DNA of 64,000 bases from Patescibacteria group bacterium (GTDB lineage Bacteria > Patescibacteriota > Patescibacteriia > UBA10025 > JAHIVO01): NCBI GenBank assembly GCA_041650915.1, contig JBAZKE010000003.1:85226-149225 (forward strand). Reading direction: 5' to 3'. Below, piece after piece: positions 1 through 10,231 of this stretch. Position 1 is the stretch's first letter. Each line of letters opens with the position of its first letter. The translations under genes and the position numbers were made by a program. The notes below the pieces were generated by a model that was given only the letters and a program-made list of their open reading frames with translations, ran no database searches and had not been told where the DNA came from.

Positions 1-573
1 GTTATCATGGTCGGTGAGATCCGTGACAGTGAAACGGCGGAACTGGCCGTGCATGCCTCGTTGACCGGGCACCTCGTGCTCTCGACGCTTCATACCAATG
101 ATTCGTTCGGTGCGATCCCGCGCATGATCGATATGAAGATTGAGCCGTTCCTCATTACGGCGTCACTCTCCACCGTTGCGGCACAGCGCCTTGTCCGCCG
201 GCTCTGCCCATACTGCCAGGAGGAAGTGCAACTTCCGTCCGAGCTGCTCGGGCGCGTCAAGCAAATGCTCAGCACTATTCCGAAAGAAGTGATTGAGAAG
301 CGGCTCGGCAAGCCCCTCGACGAGATGCACTTCTTTGAGGGCAAGGGGTGCGTGCGGTGCGAGAATACCGGGTACAAAGGCCGTATCTTGATCGATGAAA
401 TTCTTGAGGTCGACGAAACGCTCAAGAAGATAATCGTCAGCAATCCCACGATCGACGACATACGTGCGGCAGCCGCTGATCAGCACATGATTACCATGGT
501 GCAGGACGGCATGATCAAGGCACTCGAACGGAAGACGTCCATTTCAGAGGTGATTCGGGCAACGACGGATTAA
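1..573 (+). CDS. pilB: Type IV pilus assembly ATPase PilB/GspE family, C-terminal part (5' truncated by window)
   Basis: VIMVGEIRD Walker [13 protein letters not shown] His box, CPYC...CVRC zinc motif, GYKGR. Confidence 0.93.
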   Translation, partial: VIMVGEIRDSETAELAVHASLTGHLVLSTLHTNDSFGAIPRMIDMKIEPFLITASLSTVAAQRLVRRLCPYCQEEVQLPSELLGRVKQMLSTIPKEVIEKRLGKPLDEMHFFEGKGCVRCENTGYKGRILIDEILEVDETLKKIIVSNPTIDDIRAAAADQHMITMVQDGMIKALERKTSISEVIRATTD

Positions 574-602
574 GCAACTCTTTTCACTAAGGATTAAACA
601 TT

Positions 603-995
603 ATGGCAGGGGAGAAGCAAAAAAAGGTTAACGTTCTGCTCGTCGAGGATGATTCTTTCCTCGCGGGCATGTACGTCACGAAGCTGGAGCTGGAGGGATT
701 TGAGGTCCGGGTTGCAGCGGACGGCGAAAAAGCGCTCAAGCTCGCAGCAGAAGCAGTGCCGGATATCGTGCTGCTCGATATTATACTGCCGAAGATGAGC
801 GGGTTTGACGTCCTCGCAGATCTCAAGCAGTCTGCCGCAACGAAGAATACGCCGGTTATCCTGCTCACGAATCTCGGGCAGCGGGATGACGTGCAGAAGG
901 GCATTGAGCTCGGAGCTGCCGACTACCTCATTAAGGCGCATTTCATGCCCTCAGAGGTGATCGACAAGATCAAGAAGGTAACCAGTTCCGCGTAA
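603..995 (+). CDS. Single-domain response regulator (receiver only)
   Basis: LLVEDD, LLDIILP phosphoacceptor Asp, LLT, YLIK; no output domain. Confidence 0.92.
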   Translation: MAGEKQKKVNVLLVEDDSFLAGMYVTKLELEGFEVRVAADGEKALKLAAEAVPDIVLLDIILPKMSGFDVLADLKQSAATKNTPVILLTNLGQRDDVQKGIELGAADYLIKAHFMPSEVIDKIKKVTSSA

Positions 996-1040
996 CGTTG
1001 CCGGTGCGGAGGCGGCCCGGAAAAACAAATATAGAAACGC

Positions 1041-2246
1041 ATGGCAAATTATTTTTATAAAGCGCGCAACAACCAGGGCGAAATGATCAGCGGTGTTGTC
1101 GTGGCGCCGACGGAAAACATTGCGTACGGCATACTGCGCGACAAGAAGCTCTTCATCGTGTCGCTCAAGGAGCGCCGGCGTCCAGCATTTCTCGCGGGAC
1201 TCAACCTGCGGGGCCGCGTCAAGTCGAGCGAGATTGTCGTCTTTTCGCGCCAGCTGTCCGTTATGATATCATCGGACGTGCCAATCGTCCGGGCGCTTCG
1301 GGTGCTCGTCCGGCAGACGACCAATAAGGAGCTCAAGTCGGTTGTTGCTGAAATATCGGATGAGGTCGACGGCGGCGCCAAGCTCTCCCAGACGCTCTCG
1401 CGGTATCCGCACGTTTTCAACAATTTTTTTGTCCAGATGGTGCGTTCTGCAGAGACAACCGGCCGGCTCGATGAGATTTTGCAGTACCTCGCTGACCAGC
1501 TCGAGAAAGATTATGACCTCAAAGCAAAAGCCCGCGGTGCGATGATCTACCCCGCGTTCATCGTCAGCGCGCTGCTCCTTGTCGGTGTCGGCATGATGAT
1601 GTTCGTACTGCCGCAAATTACCGGCATCTTCGCCGAGAGCGACGTTCCGCTGCCGATAACCACGCGGGCATTCATGGCGCTCAGCGATTTTTTGATTGGA
1701 TACTGGTGGCTGCTGATCGTGCTTGGCATCGGCGCTTTTTTTGGATTCCGCTTCATGATCAGCTCGCCGCAGGGGCGTAAGTTTTATGATCTCGCGAAGA
1801 TCCGCACCCCGATCATCGGGCCGATCTTCAACCGGCTGTACCTGACCCGTTTTTCCCGCTCACTGTCGACGCTCGTCGCCTCCGGCGTTCCGCTGACGAA
1901 ATCGCTCACTATCGTGGCTGACGTGGTCGGCAATACCCTGTACCATGACCTGACAAAAGAAACGATCAACCGCGTCGAGGGCGGCGCTTCCATAACGACG
2001 GTTTTTGTCCAGAGTAAGGACATACCGCTTATGCTGTCGCAGATGATGAGCGTCGGTGAGCAGTCCGGACAGCTCGATAAAATTCTGGGAAAGGTCGCGG
2101 ATTTTTACTCTCGGGAGCTTGAAAATTCGCTTCAGAACCTGACCGCCCTTATCGAGCCCGTTATCATGGTCGTTATCGGCATTGCCGTCGGGCTGCTCGT
2201 ATCAGCGATTATTCTGCCAATCTACAATCTGTCGAGTACAATATAA
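1041..2246 (+). CDS. pilC: Type IV pilus platform protein PilC/GspF
   Basis: FSRQLSVMISS, AETTGRLD, AMIYP, GEQSGQLD, LIEP; three TM segments. Confidence 0.95.
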   Translation: MANYFYKARNNQGEMISGVVVAPTENIAYGILRDKKLFIVSLKERRRPAFLAGLNLRGRVKSSEIVVFSRQLSVMISSDVPIVRALRVLVRQTTNKELKSVVAEISDEVDGGAKLSQTLSRYPHVFNNFFVQMVRSAETTGRLDEILQYLADQLEKDYDLKAKARGAMIYPAFIVSALLLVGVGMMMFVLPQITGIFAESDVPLPITTRAFMALSDFLIGYWWLLIVLGIGAFFGFRFMISSPQGRKFYDLAKIRTPIIGPIFNRLYLTRFSRSLSTLVASGVPLTKSLTIVADVVGNTLYHDLTKETINRVEGGASITTVFVQSKDIPLMLSQMMSVGEQSGQLDKILGKVADFYSRELENSLQNLTALIEPVIMVVIGIAVGLLVSAIILPIYNLSSTI

Positions 2247-2288
2247 TAATATATCCCGTGACTGGAGCACTAGAGATTGATAATTACA

Positions 2289-2315
2289 TTGACATTTCGT
2301 TAAAAATGTGATACT
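2289..2315 (+). promoter_or_regulatory. Putative sigma70 promoter for the major pilin
   Basis: TTGACA at 2289 followed by TGATACT/TATAGT -10 candidates in AT-rich intergenic DNA. Confidence 0.5.
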
Positions 2316-2567
2316 ATAGTAGTATATGGTACTGATTGAAAGCTGTTTTTATTGAAATTTAAGAAAAGTCGTGCTATTCTGTATTCATCATTACCCTGTT
2401 CGTTCTTTTTAAGTTAGTCGATATCATTAACTATCCACTGGGGAGTAAACAGCGTCCTGCGGATCGTATAGTATTAGCACGGGTCAGACGGATCCGTGAT
2501 CTGTGATACGCTATATGACAGTTTGGAGGTTGAACTGCTCTCTAGTATCAGAAAGGGGGTGGAAACT

Positions 2568-3014
2568 ATGCAGAAAAAAGGTTTTACTCTTATTGAGTTA
2601 TTGGTGGTTATCGCAATTATCGGTATCTTGGCCACCATCGGTCTCGTCGCTCTGAACGGTGCGCGTGAAAAAGCGCGTGACGCAACCCGCAAGTCTGACC
2701 TTGGCCAGATCCGGACCGGACTCGTCCTGTACTCGGATGACAACGGTGGTGCGTTCCCGAATGTAACGGGTGAAACGTACGCGGTGCTTGACAGCTACCT
2801 CGTACCGACGTACATTTCGAAGGTTCCGTCTGATCCGCAGGCAACAGGCCAGTATACGTACGTAGAGTGCAATAGTGGGCTCACAACGCCGTACTACTAC
2901 CTGTATACTGAGCTCGAATCACCAGGCACTGGCGAGATTTACTGGCTCATGGGTGATGGCACAAATGATGAGCAGTATACCGGCACACTCGGCTGTACAA
3001 TGCAACCAGACTAG
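2568..3014 (+). CDS. Type IV pilin, probable major pilin
   Basis: MQKKG/FTLIELLVV class III signal with Glu5; ATG 2568 after strong SD AAAGGGGGTG; own terminator. Confidence 0.9.
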   Translation: MQKKGFTLIELLVVIAIIGILATIGLVALNGAREKARDATRKSDLGQIRTGLVLYSDDNGGAFPNVTGETYAVLDSYLVPTYISKVPSDPQATGQYTYVECNSGLTTPYYYLYTELESPGTGEIYWLMGDGTNDEQYTGTLGCTMQPD

Positions 3015-3039
3015 TCAACTACCATCAGTTGAAATAAAT

Positions 3040-3077
3040 GCAGAAAGCGCTCGATACTATTTCCGGGCGCTTTTTGT
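3040..3077 (+). terminator. Intrinsic terminator after pilin
   Basis: GCAGAAAGCGCTCG...CGGGCGCTTTTTGT stem with T-run. Confidence 0.7.
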
Positions 3078-3132
3078 AATGTGCTGCTTCTGGTATACTT
3101 ACATGCAGATCGTAAGGCAGGATCGGGTTCTT

Positions 3133-4110
3133 ATGGAATCAGCGGATACGTGTGTCATTATACTCAATTGGAACGGGCTCAGGCACCTTGAGACCTGCTT
3201 GCGTGCGCTGGAACGGCAGAGCTACAAACGGTTTCGGACGATTCTCGTTGACAACGGTTCAAAGGACGGGTCACGAGAGTACGTCCAGAAGTGCTTCCCC
3301 GGCGTCGAGATAATCTCACTGCTCCGGAACCGAGGATTTGCGGAGGGCAACAACGTCGGCATCCGCGAAGCGCTCGCCGACAAAGGAGTCGCGTATATCG
3401 CGGTGCTCAATAATGATACGGAAGCCGACGCGCAGTGGCTGTATGAGCTCCGCGCCACTGCCAGTAAAGACGAACGCATCGGAGCCGTGAGCAGCAAGAT
3501 GCTCCGATTCGATGAGCGCACGGTGCTCGATTCAGCAGGGGACTTTTTCAAGGCGGGGACGCTCAAGGTCGTCACGAGAGGTTTCGGCAGGGAAGATAAG
3601 GGCCAGTACGACCGCGAGGAAGAGTGCTTCAGCGCGCGCGCTGGAGCCGCACTCTACCGCCGAAGCATGCTCGAGGATGTCGAGCTTGATGGAGATTTTT
3701 TCGACAGCCATTTTTTTGCATACGTCGAGGACACCGACCTGTCAGTCCGCGCTCGGCTGAAAGGCTGGAAAATAATGTATGCGCCAAAAGCTATCGTCTA
3801 CCACAAGGTGGCCGCAACGACGAGCACTATCTCATATGCTTTCAGGCGCTACCGTTCGGGCCGCAACAGGCTATTCCTGGCAATAAAAAATTATCCCCTC
3901 TCCTTGTGGCTGGGCGTTTTCCGCGGCACCGCATCGGTTGAAAAAGGCTATACCCTTGGCATTATTGGGAGCATTGCCACGTACATTCGCATCGCGTGCT
4001 CGCTTGTTTGCTCGCTGCCGCGGCTCGTACGGCAGCGGCGCGCGATCCAGCAATCCCGGGCCGTTTCAGCGGCAGCCATCGGCTCATGGCGCGAACGGTT
4101 TTCGATATAA
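3133..4110 (+). CDS. GT2 family glycosyltransferase
   Basis: VIILNWNG, VDNGSKDGS, NRGFAEGNN, LNND, YVEDTDLS; start may instead be 3103. Confidence 0.92.
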   Translation: MESADTCVIILNWNGLRHLETCLRALERQSYKRFRTILVDNGSKDGSREYVQKCFPGVEIISLLRNRGFAEGNNVGIREALADKGVAYIAVLNNDTEADAQWLYELRATASKDERIGAVSSKMLRFDERTVLDSAGDFFKAGTLKVVTRGFGREDKGQYDREEECFSARAGAALYRRSMLEDVELDGDFFDSHFFAYVEDTDLSVRARLKGWKIMYAPKAIVYHKVAATTSTISYAFRRYRSGRNRLFLAIKNYPLSLWLGVFRGTASVEKGYTLGIIGSIATYIRIACSLVCSLPRLVRQRRAIQQSRAVSAAAIGSWRERFSI

Positions 4111-4151
4111 GAATGCTACACAGCCGCCCGGCGATTTGATATACTGTACGC

Positions 4152-6146
4152 ATGCAACCCGTCGTCTTCACCGAGAGCAGCATCCGGTTCCGCCAGTATG
4201 TCGTACTGGGGATTTTTTTATTTCTCATCGTGCTCTCGTCCTTCTTCTCCGGAGAGTGGAATCGCTGGCTTCACGGCATCTTCATGGTCGTCAGCTTTCC
4301 GCTCGCCTTCTTTACCATGATGCTGCTGCGGGGAGAGCCCGATCGCAGGACGGCTGTTTCCGCTTGGAGGTCTCCTTTTTTTTATTTTTTCCTGTTCATG
4401 GCCATCGTCGCGGCCACTTCAGTTGTGTCCGTGCAGCTCTACGAGAGCATGCATCAGGCTACGCTGCTGCTGTGTTACGGTATTTTTTTCTGGGTTGCGG
4501 CGACGGTCCTTGGCAAACCGCTGTTCCTCAAGCTCACCTCAATCGTCATTTACTGTACGGGCATCATCGCAGCAATCGTCAGCTTGGTGCTGCTCATTAT
4601 CGATCCGGCACTGAGGGCGGGAGGCCTCCTCTACAATGCGAATGCGCTCGGCAGCTACCTGCTCTTCAGCCTGCTGCTTGGGATCGTTCTTGCGCTTTCA
4701 GCTGAGAAAAGGCGGAACAGGGCGCTGTTTTGGTTCGGCACGCTCGTATTACTCGGCAGCTTTTTACTGACGTTTTCTTTTACAGCCTGGGTGAGCATCG
4801 CCGTTCCGCTGGGCATTCTGGCATGGTTACAGCGAAAAAAAATTTTTACAAAAAAAGGGCTGCTCTTTTTCCTCATTGCTTTTACGGCACTCTTTACCGT
4901 TGCGGTCGGCGTACGGTACTTGAGATCAGGGAATTTTTTACACGCGCTCAAGATACATACGACAATCCCGGCCGAAGGCATTGCCGAGAGTTTTAACCAG
5001 CGCTTGAAGTTCATATCTTCGGCCGCTGAGATTTTTTATGACCACCCACTCACCGGCAGCGGGCTCGCTACGTACCAGGATGTGTATCCGCGGTACGCGG
5101 CGTCAGTTCTCGAGCAGCCGCGGTACGCGCACAACTACTACATCCAGCTCGCTGCCGAGGTCGGGTTTTTTGGGGTGCTCGCGTTTGTTGCGCTCATTAG
5201 TACGCTCCTGATCCGGTGCCGTGCGGCTGTCCGGCGCCTCGCCGGCGATTCCGCACGCTATCCCTACGCGCTCGGATTATCACTGGGGGTGCTCGCCTCG
5301 GCAATTCACGCCCTATTCGATTTTGGATGGCATTTTCCCGGCGTATTCGTACTTTTCTGGATTGCGGGCGGCATTGTGATTGCGCAGGGGGGGCAGGCCG
5401 ACGAGGGCAGGGCGCGGCATCCAGGCTCGAATCGTACTGCGGTCATTCTCTGCGTTTCCGTCGGCCTACTGCTCATGGCGCGGGGCATTACGTTAATTGC
5501 ATCAGAAGCATACTATGACAAAGCTGAGCGGCAGCGGTCGCTGGGGGGCATCAGTTATCCGCTCGAGCTGTATGCGCGCGCAGTGGCGTTTGATCCTTCG
5601 CCGACAAAGATGAAACGCCAAGCCGGCCTGCTGTATGAACAGGCAAACACGATTCCAGATTACAATCCCGGGAGTTTCTACGAGGCCGAGCGGGTGACGT
5701 TAGACGCGATGCAGTGGAGTGAGATTGATTGCTTCGGGTATAATCTTCTCGGCAGGATTTATTTTATACTCGAGGACTATGGAAGCGCTGAACGCGCTTA
5801 TCAGAAAGCGATCGAAATAAACCCGGTTTTCGAACCTGATTTTTACTATGATCTGGCCGCTCTCTACGGCAAGCAAGAAGATTATGTGGGCGCCGTAGCT
5901 ACTATTGAGAGCATACTCTCGCGGTACGGCGAAACGGTGAAGACGGCTAATCCAAAGCTGAAAACCGAGCTGTCTTTTCTCAATCTGCTCCTTGGGCAAT
6001 CCTACCGGGAACTCGGGGAGTACGACTCAGCAGAGCGTGCATTACAGCGGGCGCTCGAAATCGATTCCGCGTTTGAATTGGCAGCGCTGGAGCTCGCTGG
6101 CGTCCGGCAGGACCGGGCACGTCTAAACGGCGCCACTGATGAGTAG
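4152..6146 (+). CDS. O-antigen ligase/oligosaccharyltransferase-like (Wzy_C) membrane protein with C-terminal TPRs
   Basis: Many TM helices, HPLTGSGLATY and AHNYYIQLAAEVG motifs, TPR-like AYQKAIEINP and ALQRALEID. Confidence 0.85.
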   Translation: MQPVVFTESSIRFRQYVVLGIFLFLIVLSSFFSGEWNRWLHGIFMVVSFPLAFFTMMLLRGEPDRRTAVSAWRSPFFYFFLFMAIVAATSVVSVQLYESMHQATLLLCYGIFFWVAATVLGKPLFLKLTSIVIYCTGIIAAIVSLVLLIIDPALRAGGLLYNANALGSYLLFSLLLGIVLALSAEKRRNRALFWFGTLVLLGSFLLTFSFTAWVSIAVPLGILAWLQRKKIFTKKGLLFFLIAFTALFTVAVGVRYLRSGNFLHALKIHTTIPAEGIAESFNQRLKFISSAAEIFYDHPLTGSGLATYQDVYPRYAASVLEQPRYAHNYYIQLAAEVGFFGVLAFVALISTLLIRCRAAVRRLAGDSARYPYALGLSLGVLASAIHALFDFGWHFPGVFVLFWIAGGIVIAQGGQADEGRARHPGSNRTAVILCVSVGLLLMARGITLIASEAYYDKAERQRSLGGISYPLELYARAVAFDPSPTKMKRQAGLLYEQANTIPDYNPGSFYEAERVTLDAMQWSEIDCFGYNLLGRIYFILEDYGSAERAYQKAIEINPVFEPDFYYDLAALYGKQEDYVGAVATIESILSRYGETVKTANPKLKTELSFLNLLLGQSYRELGEYDSAERALQRALEIDSAFELAALELAGVRQDRARLNGATDE

Positions 6147-6206
6147 GGGCCTGCGGCGGTCGAATTGACTCATTGCGGGCGTGATATATACTGTACCTAT
6201 ACAGCC

Positions 6207-6710
6207 ATGGAAAACAAGCAACAGAGCGCGGTAAAATACAGGGGGTATACGCTCATTGAGCTGCTGGTAGTACTCGCGATTATTGGCATCCTCGTAACGA
6301 TCGGCCTCGTCAGCTTGCAAGGCACGCGCGAGAAAGCGCGCGACGCGCAGCGCGCAGCAGACCTGTCTCAGATGCGTCTCGGGCTCGCGCTGTACTTCCA
6401 TGACCACGAGCAGTATCCTACGCCCGCGAGCAGCAGCGGAGGCGGCCCTGATATCGGTTCCGAGCCCGCCGATGGCTCGATTTTTTCTCAGAACGGCAAT
6501 CCGCTGTACCCCGGATACGTGAGCAAAGTTTTCACCGATCCGATCAATAGCACCCAAACGGCGCTGTACTACGCGTACGATACGAATGAGAATATCAGGC
6601 ATGCAAACTACGTGCTCTGCTACCATCGAGAGGGCACTGACAAGCTCTGGTTCTATTACTACTCGACCGGCATTTACGGTGAGGGTGTCAGCTGCCCCAC
6701 GTTGCCATAA
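6207..6710 (+). CDS. Type IV pilin-like protein
   Basis: RG/YTLIELLVV, REKARDAQR; paralog of 2568..3014. Confidence 0.9.
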   Translation: MENKQQSAVKYRGYTLIELLVVLAIIGILVTIGLVSLQGTREKARDAQRAADLSQMRLGLALYFHDHEQYPTPASSSGGGPDIGSEPADGSIFSQNGNPLYPGYVSKVFTDPINSTQTALYYAYDTNENIRHANYVLCYHREGTDKLWFYYYSTGIYGEGVSCPTLP

Positions 6711-6723
6711 GAAAGAACTGCGT

Positions 6724-7146
6724 ATGCTACAAAAAAACAGGGCAGGGGTATCGATTCTCATTATTCTTATCTTTGTAGTTATTTTTGGTTTGCTCATCGG
6801 CGGGGGTTTCCTCCTCATCAACAGCGAGAAAGCAAAGACGCGTGATGCGAAGCGGCTGTCTGATATGACGAGGATTCAGGCTGCGTTTGAGTTTTTGTAT
6901 AATGATACGGCAAGCTATGAGGGGGCGGCTCTCGGGGGATGCGGCCAGCCGGGCATGCTCGTATCGCAGTGCAACCTAACCCAGTACCTTCCGACGCTGG
7001 CTGAGTTTATCGATCCGGGAACATACAGCTACACCGTCCAAAAGGCGCCCGACAGTGAGGGCTATGCTGTTTCATTTATGCTCGAAAAGAATTACGGCAG
7101 CCTCCGCGCAGGACCCCATACGCTCTCCCCGGAAGGGATCTTTTGA
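6724..7146 (+). CDS. Pilin-like protein lacking Glu5
   Basis: AG/VSILIIL hydrophobic helix then KTRDAKRLSDM as in neighbouring pilins. Confidence 0.75.
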   Translation: MLQKNRAGVSILIILIFVVIFGLLIGGGFLLINSEKAKTRDAKRLSDMTRIQAAFEFLYNDTASYEGAALGGCGQPGMLVSQCNLTQYLPTLAEFIDPGTYSYTVQKAPDSEGYAVSFMLEKNYGSLRAGPHTLSPEGIF

Positions 7147-7257
7147 GCACAGGTAATTCGTGCGTTCGGTTATGCATGCAGTGGCGCACGCTTTTTTATC
7201 ATGCATGCTGCGTTTTTAAATACGGCCTCGTTCTGGTATACTATAAAATAGGTACGT

Positions 7258-8040
7258 ATGGATTTCACCTCTACACTTATTGTTTATATCGACGTATTCC
7301 TCATAGTATTGCTCGGCTTTGCCGTCGGCAGTTTTTTAAACGCCGTCATCTACCGTCTCCATGCGGGGGTGAGCTTTATGCGGGGGAGGTCGTACTGTCC
7401 CCGGTGCAAGCACGATCTCGCTGCGAAGGATTTGGTGCCGGTTGTCAGCTTTGTGCTGCTGCGCGGGAAGTGCCGGTACTGCCATAAGCCGATTTCATGG
7501 CAGTACCCCCTTGTTGAATTCAGTACGGCCGTGCTCTTCGTGCTCCTCTACGCACAGTTTGGGATCGGTGCCACTTTTTTTGTATACCTCGTCTATACCT
7601 GCTTCCTGATCGTTATTTTCGTTTACGACCTCAGGTACTACCTCATACTCGATAAGGTCAGCATTCCAGCGCTCGCGCTCGCGCTCATGCTTTCTTTAAC
7701 CGTATTGGACATCAGCATCCTGTCGGTCGTAATCGGCATGCTCATCGGAGGCGGTTTTTTCTTTTTGCAGCACGCGGTTTCGCGGGGGAAGTGGATCGGC
7801 GGCGGGGACATACGGCTCGGCATCGTCATGGGGGCCATGCTCGGGTGGGAGCACCTCCTCGTTGCGCTCTTCGGGGCGTACATCTTCGGATCCATCATCG
7901 GGATCGGGCTCGTCCTGTTCGGCAACAAGCGGTGGCGGAGCCAGGTGCCCTTCGGAACGTTTCTCACCGTAGCGACTTTCCTGACATTCCTCTGCGCCGA
8001 TCCGGTTGTGAGCATGTATAAGGATCTTTTTTTACTATGA
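7258..8040 (+). CDS. pilD: Prepilin peptidase (A24)
   Basis: GSFLNAVIYR, CPRC/CRYC zinc motif, YD, GGGD, PFGTFL. Confidence 0.95.
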   Translation: MDFTSTLIVYIDVFLIVLLGFAVGSFLNAVIYRLHAGVSFMRGRSYCPRCKHDLAAKDLVPVVSFVLLRGKCRYCHKPISWQYPLVEFSTAVLFVLLYAQFGIGATFFVYLVYTCFLIVIFVYDLRYYLILDKVSIPALALALMLSLTVLDISILSVVIGMLIGGGFFFLQHAVSRGKWIGGGDIRLGIVMGAMLGWEHLLVALFGAYIFGSIIGIGLVLFGNKRWRSQVPFGTFLTVATFLTFLCADPVVSMYKDLFLL

Positions 8041-8744
8041 ACCTGCCCGACAAGAGAGGTTTCACGTTAACGGAATTGCTGATCGTTATTTCGATTATCG
8101 GACTGTTTAGTGCGATCGTGATGGTGAACTTCCGGCATGGCAGGGAGTCCGATGAATTCCGGCGCGTGTCGACCGAGCTGCACCAAAATTTCCGGCTTGC
8201 TCAGAATTACAGCATCGGCGGAAACAGCATCAAGTATTGTGAGCGCAGCTCGACCGACCATGAGTTCTACCCTTGCGAGGACAACTCTTACTGCAACCTC
8301 GGCGTCGGTCCGTGGGATCCCGAATATGAGTGCAAGGCAGCGGTTCCGCTCGGCGGGTACGGGATTAATGTTAGATCTACTGAGCGGTACACGCTCTTTG
8401 GAGATACGACGGCGGACCACCTGCTGACCGACAGCACGGAGGATTTCATCATCGTTGAAAATAACGTATTCACGAAGGGAGTGCACATAGAGAGTTTTCG
8501 GTTCGGTACGGCCGATCCGGCAACGCCTTCGTCCGAGAATACCCTCGATGTTACGTTTACGCCGCCCACCGGTACGATGAATTTTTACCTCAACGGGGCG
8601 GAGGCGATCGACGACGATGCAGAGCCGTACTTTACGCTCGAACTGCTCCTCGGCAGCGACTTCATTGAGGGGAGCTGCAGGAAGGTAAGTTTGCACAGGA
8701 TCTCAGGGCAGATCAGTGAAGACATGAGTTCATGCAACTGGTAA
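8037..8744 (+). CDS. Minor pilin (FimU/GspH-like position)
   Basis: RG/FTLTELLIV; overlaps pilD stop (ATGA). Confidence 0.85.
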   Translation: MNLPDKRGFTLTELLIVISIIGLFSAIVMVNFRHGRESDEFRRVSTELHQNFRLAQNYSIGGNSIKYCERSSTDHEFYPCEDNSYCNLGVGPWDPEYECKAAVPLGGYGINVRSTERYTLFGDTTADHLLTDSTEDFIIVENNVFTKGVHIESFRFGTADPATPSSENTLDVTFTPPTGTMNFYLNGAEAIDDDAEPYFTLELLLGSDFIEGSCRKVSLHRISGQISEDMSSCNW

Positions 8745-8746
8745 CT

Positions 8747-9454
8747 ATGCACACGGCGCACCATAATCAAAGCGGGCAGACATTACTGGAGCTCATTATT
8801 GCGATTACCGTGCTCGTTGTCGCGCTCGTAGCCACGATCGTCCTGATCGTCACGAGCATCAATGCGAGCAGGGAAGCCCGCAATAAGCTCATTGCCACCA
8901 ACCTCGCACGCGAAGGCGTTGAAACCGTCCGAAACGTGCGGGATAGCAACTGGATCGATCCGACGATGCAGTGTGATGACCCGAACTGCGATAATCAAGC
9001 TGACTGCACTGACTCTGCCCAGTGCGATTCGACGTGGGGCATCAGTCAGTGGGATCGGGAGCTGCGGACTGACGACGCGGCTGCCACAATCAAGACGACC
9101 GCCATACCGGTCGTTGGCGATCCGAGCATTCATTCGCCACTCTCATTTTTACCCGATGATTTTAGCGAGACCGAATATTCGCGCTTACGGCGCACCGATG
9201 AAGGATTCTTGCAGGGAGGCGCGTCTATCGTCGGCAATTCTGAGTTCTACCGGATGCTCTACCTGTATCCGATTTGCCAGAATGCTGCCGGTGACCAGGA
9301 ATACGGCACCGATAATACGTCCGCAAACGATTGTCCCACCGCGGGGTATGCCGAGGTGGGCATACAGGTGGTCTGTGAAGTGCGATGGGGGCAGCACGAT
9401 TCGAATAAAAAGGTGATTATTGAGGATCAGCTGTACAATTGGCAAACGCTCTAA
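8747..9454 (+). CDS. Minor pilin, PilV-like
   Basis: SG/QTLLELII, LAREGVETVRNVRDSN. Confidence 0.85.
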   Translation: MHTAHHNQSGQTLLELIIAITVLVVALVATIVLIVTSINASREARNKLIATNLAREGVETVRNVRDSNWIDPTMQCDDPNCDNQADCTDSAQCDSTWGISQWDRELRTDDAAATIKTTAIPVVGDPSIHSPLSFLPDDFSETEYSRLRRTDEGFLQGGASIVGNSEFYRMLYLYPICQNAAGDQEYGTDNTSANDCPTAGYAEVGIQVVCEVRWGQHDSNKKVIIEDQLYNWQTL

Positions 9455-9475
9455 CAAGTTACTGATAAAAAGCAG

Positions 9476-10228
9476 GTGCATCAGGCAATCAAAAACAGCA
9501 AGCAGGGAGGATTTACGCTCATCGAGATGATCGTTGCGCTGTCGATTTTTGTCATGATCATCTTGATCGTCGTGAACGTTTTTGTCGTCATCAACAACAC
9601 ACAGCGGAAGACCGTCGCGATGCAACGCGTGCAGGATGACGTACGGTACCTGCTCGAAGCTGTTGCGCAGGAGATTAGGCTCGGCACGATCAACTATGCG
9701 CACTACGGTGACATGGAGTACGATTTGCACGAACTCGATACTGAAGGGGAGTTTGTACTCGCACTCACGAATCAGGCGGATGAACAGATTTTTTTCAGGC
9801 GGAGCCCCGGCGCTCTCGGGCCGGGAACCGGCACGAAAGTTCAGTACTGTTCAGAAGCCGGCACAGGCGTGTGCGATGAGGAGGCCGGTACCGGCTGGTA
9901 CGATATAACGCCCGAGTCGGTTGAAATCACGAATCTGCGTTTTATCATCACGCCGAGCGCTGATCCGATGGCCGAGGCGGCAGAAACGGCGTGCGCCGAT
10001 GACGGCGACTGTGACGATGCAGGCCTATTCTCATACCGCTGCGATAGTGGCGGGGACGATACGTGCCACTATTCCACGGACGGGGGAAATTTCCAGCCCA
10101 AGGTGCGCATTGTATTCCAGGCGCAGACTGATGATGCCAGGATTTCCGAATCGCAGCGGCAGATTTCCATCCAGACGACGATTTCTTCACGGATCATGTC
10201 GGGCAGGGCGATAAACATGAATTACTAA
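9476..10228 (+). CDS. Minor pilin, PilW-like
   Basis: GG/FTLIEMIVA, QEIRLG; GTG start. Confidence 0.85.
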   Translation: MHQAIKNSKQGGFTLIEMIVALSIFVMIILIVVNVFVVINNTQRKTVAMQRVQDDVRYLLEAVAQEIRLGTINYAHYGDMEYDLHELDTEGEFVLALTNQADEQIFFRRSPGALGPGTGTKVQYCSEAGTGVCDEEAGTGWYDITPESVEITNLRFIITPSADPMAEAAETACADDGDCDDAGLFSYRCDSGGDDTCHYSTDGGNFQPKVRIVFQAQTDDARISESQRQISIQTTISSRIMSGRAINMNY

Positions 10229-10231
10229 CGT

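Noticed and set aside
2875-3132. N-terminal extensions in the ORF track (GT2 from 2875, ArsR from 22544, rplW from 45976, secY from 53791)
   Set aside because: They overlap upstream genes, terminators or leaders, and family motifs begin at later ATGs.
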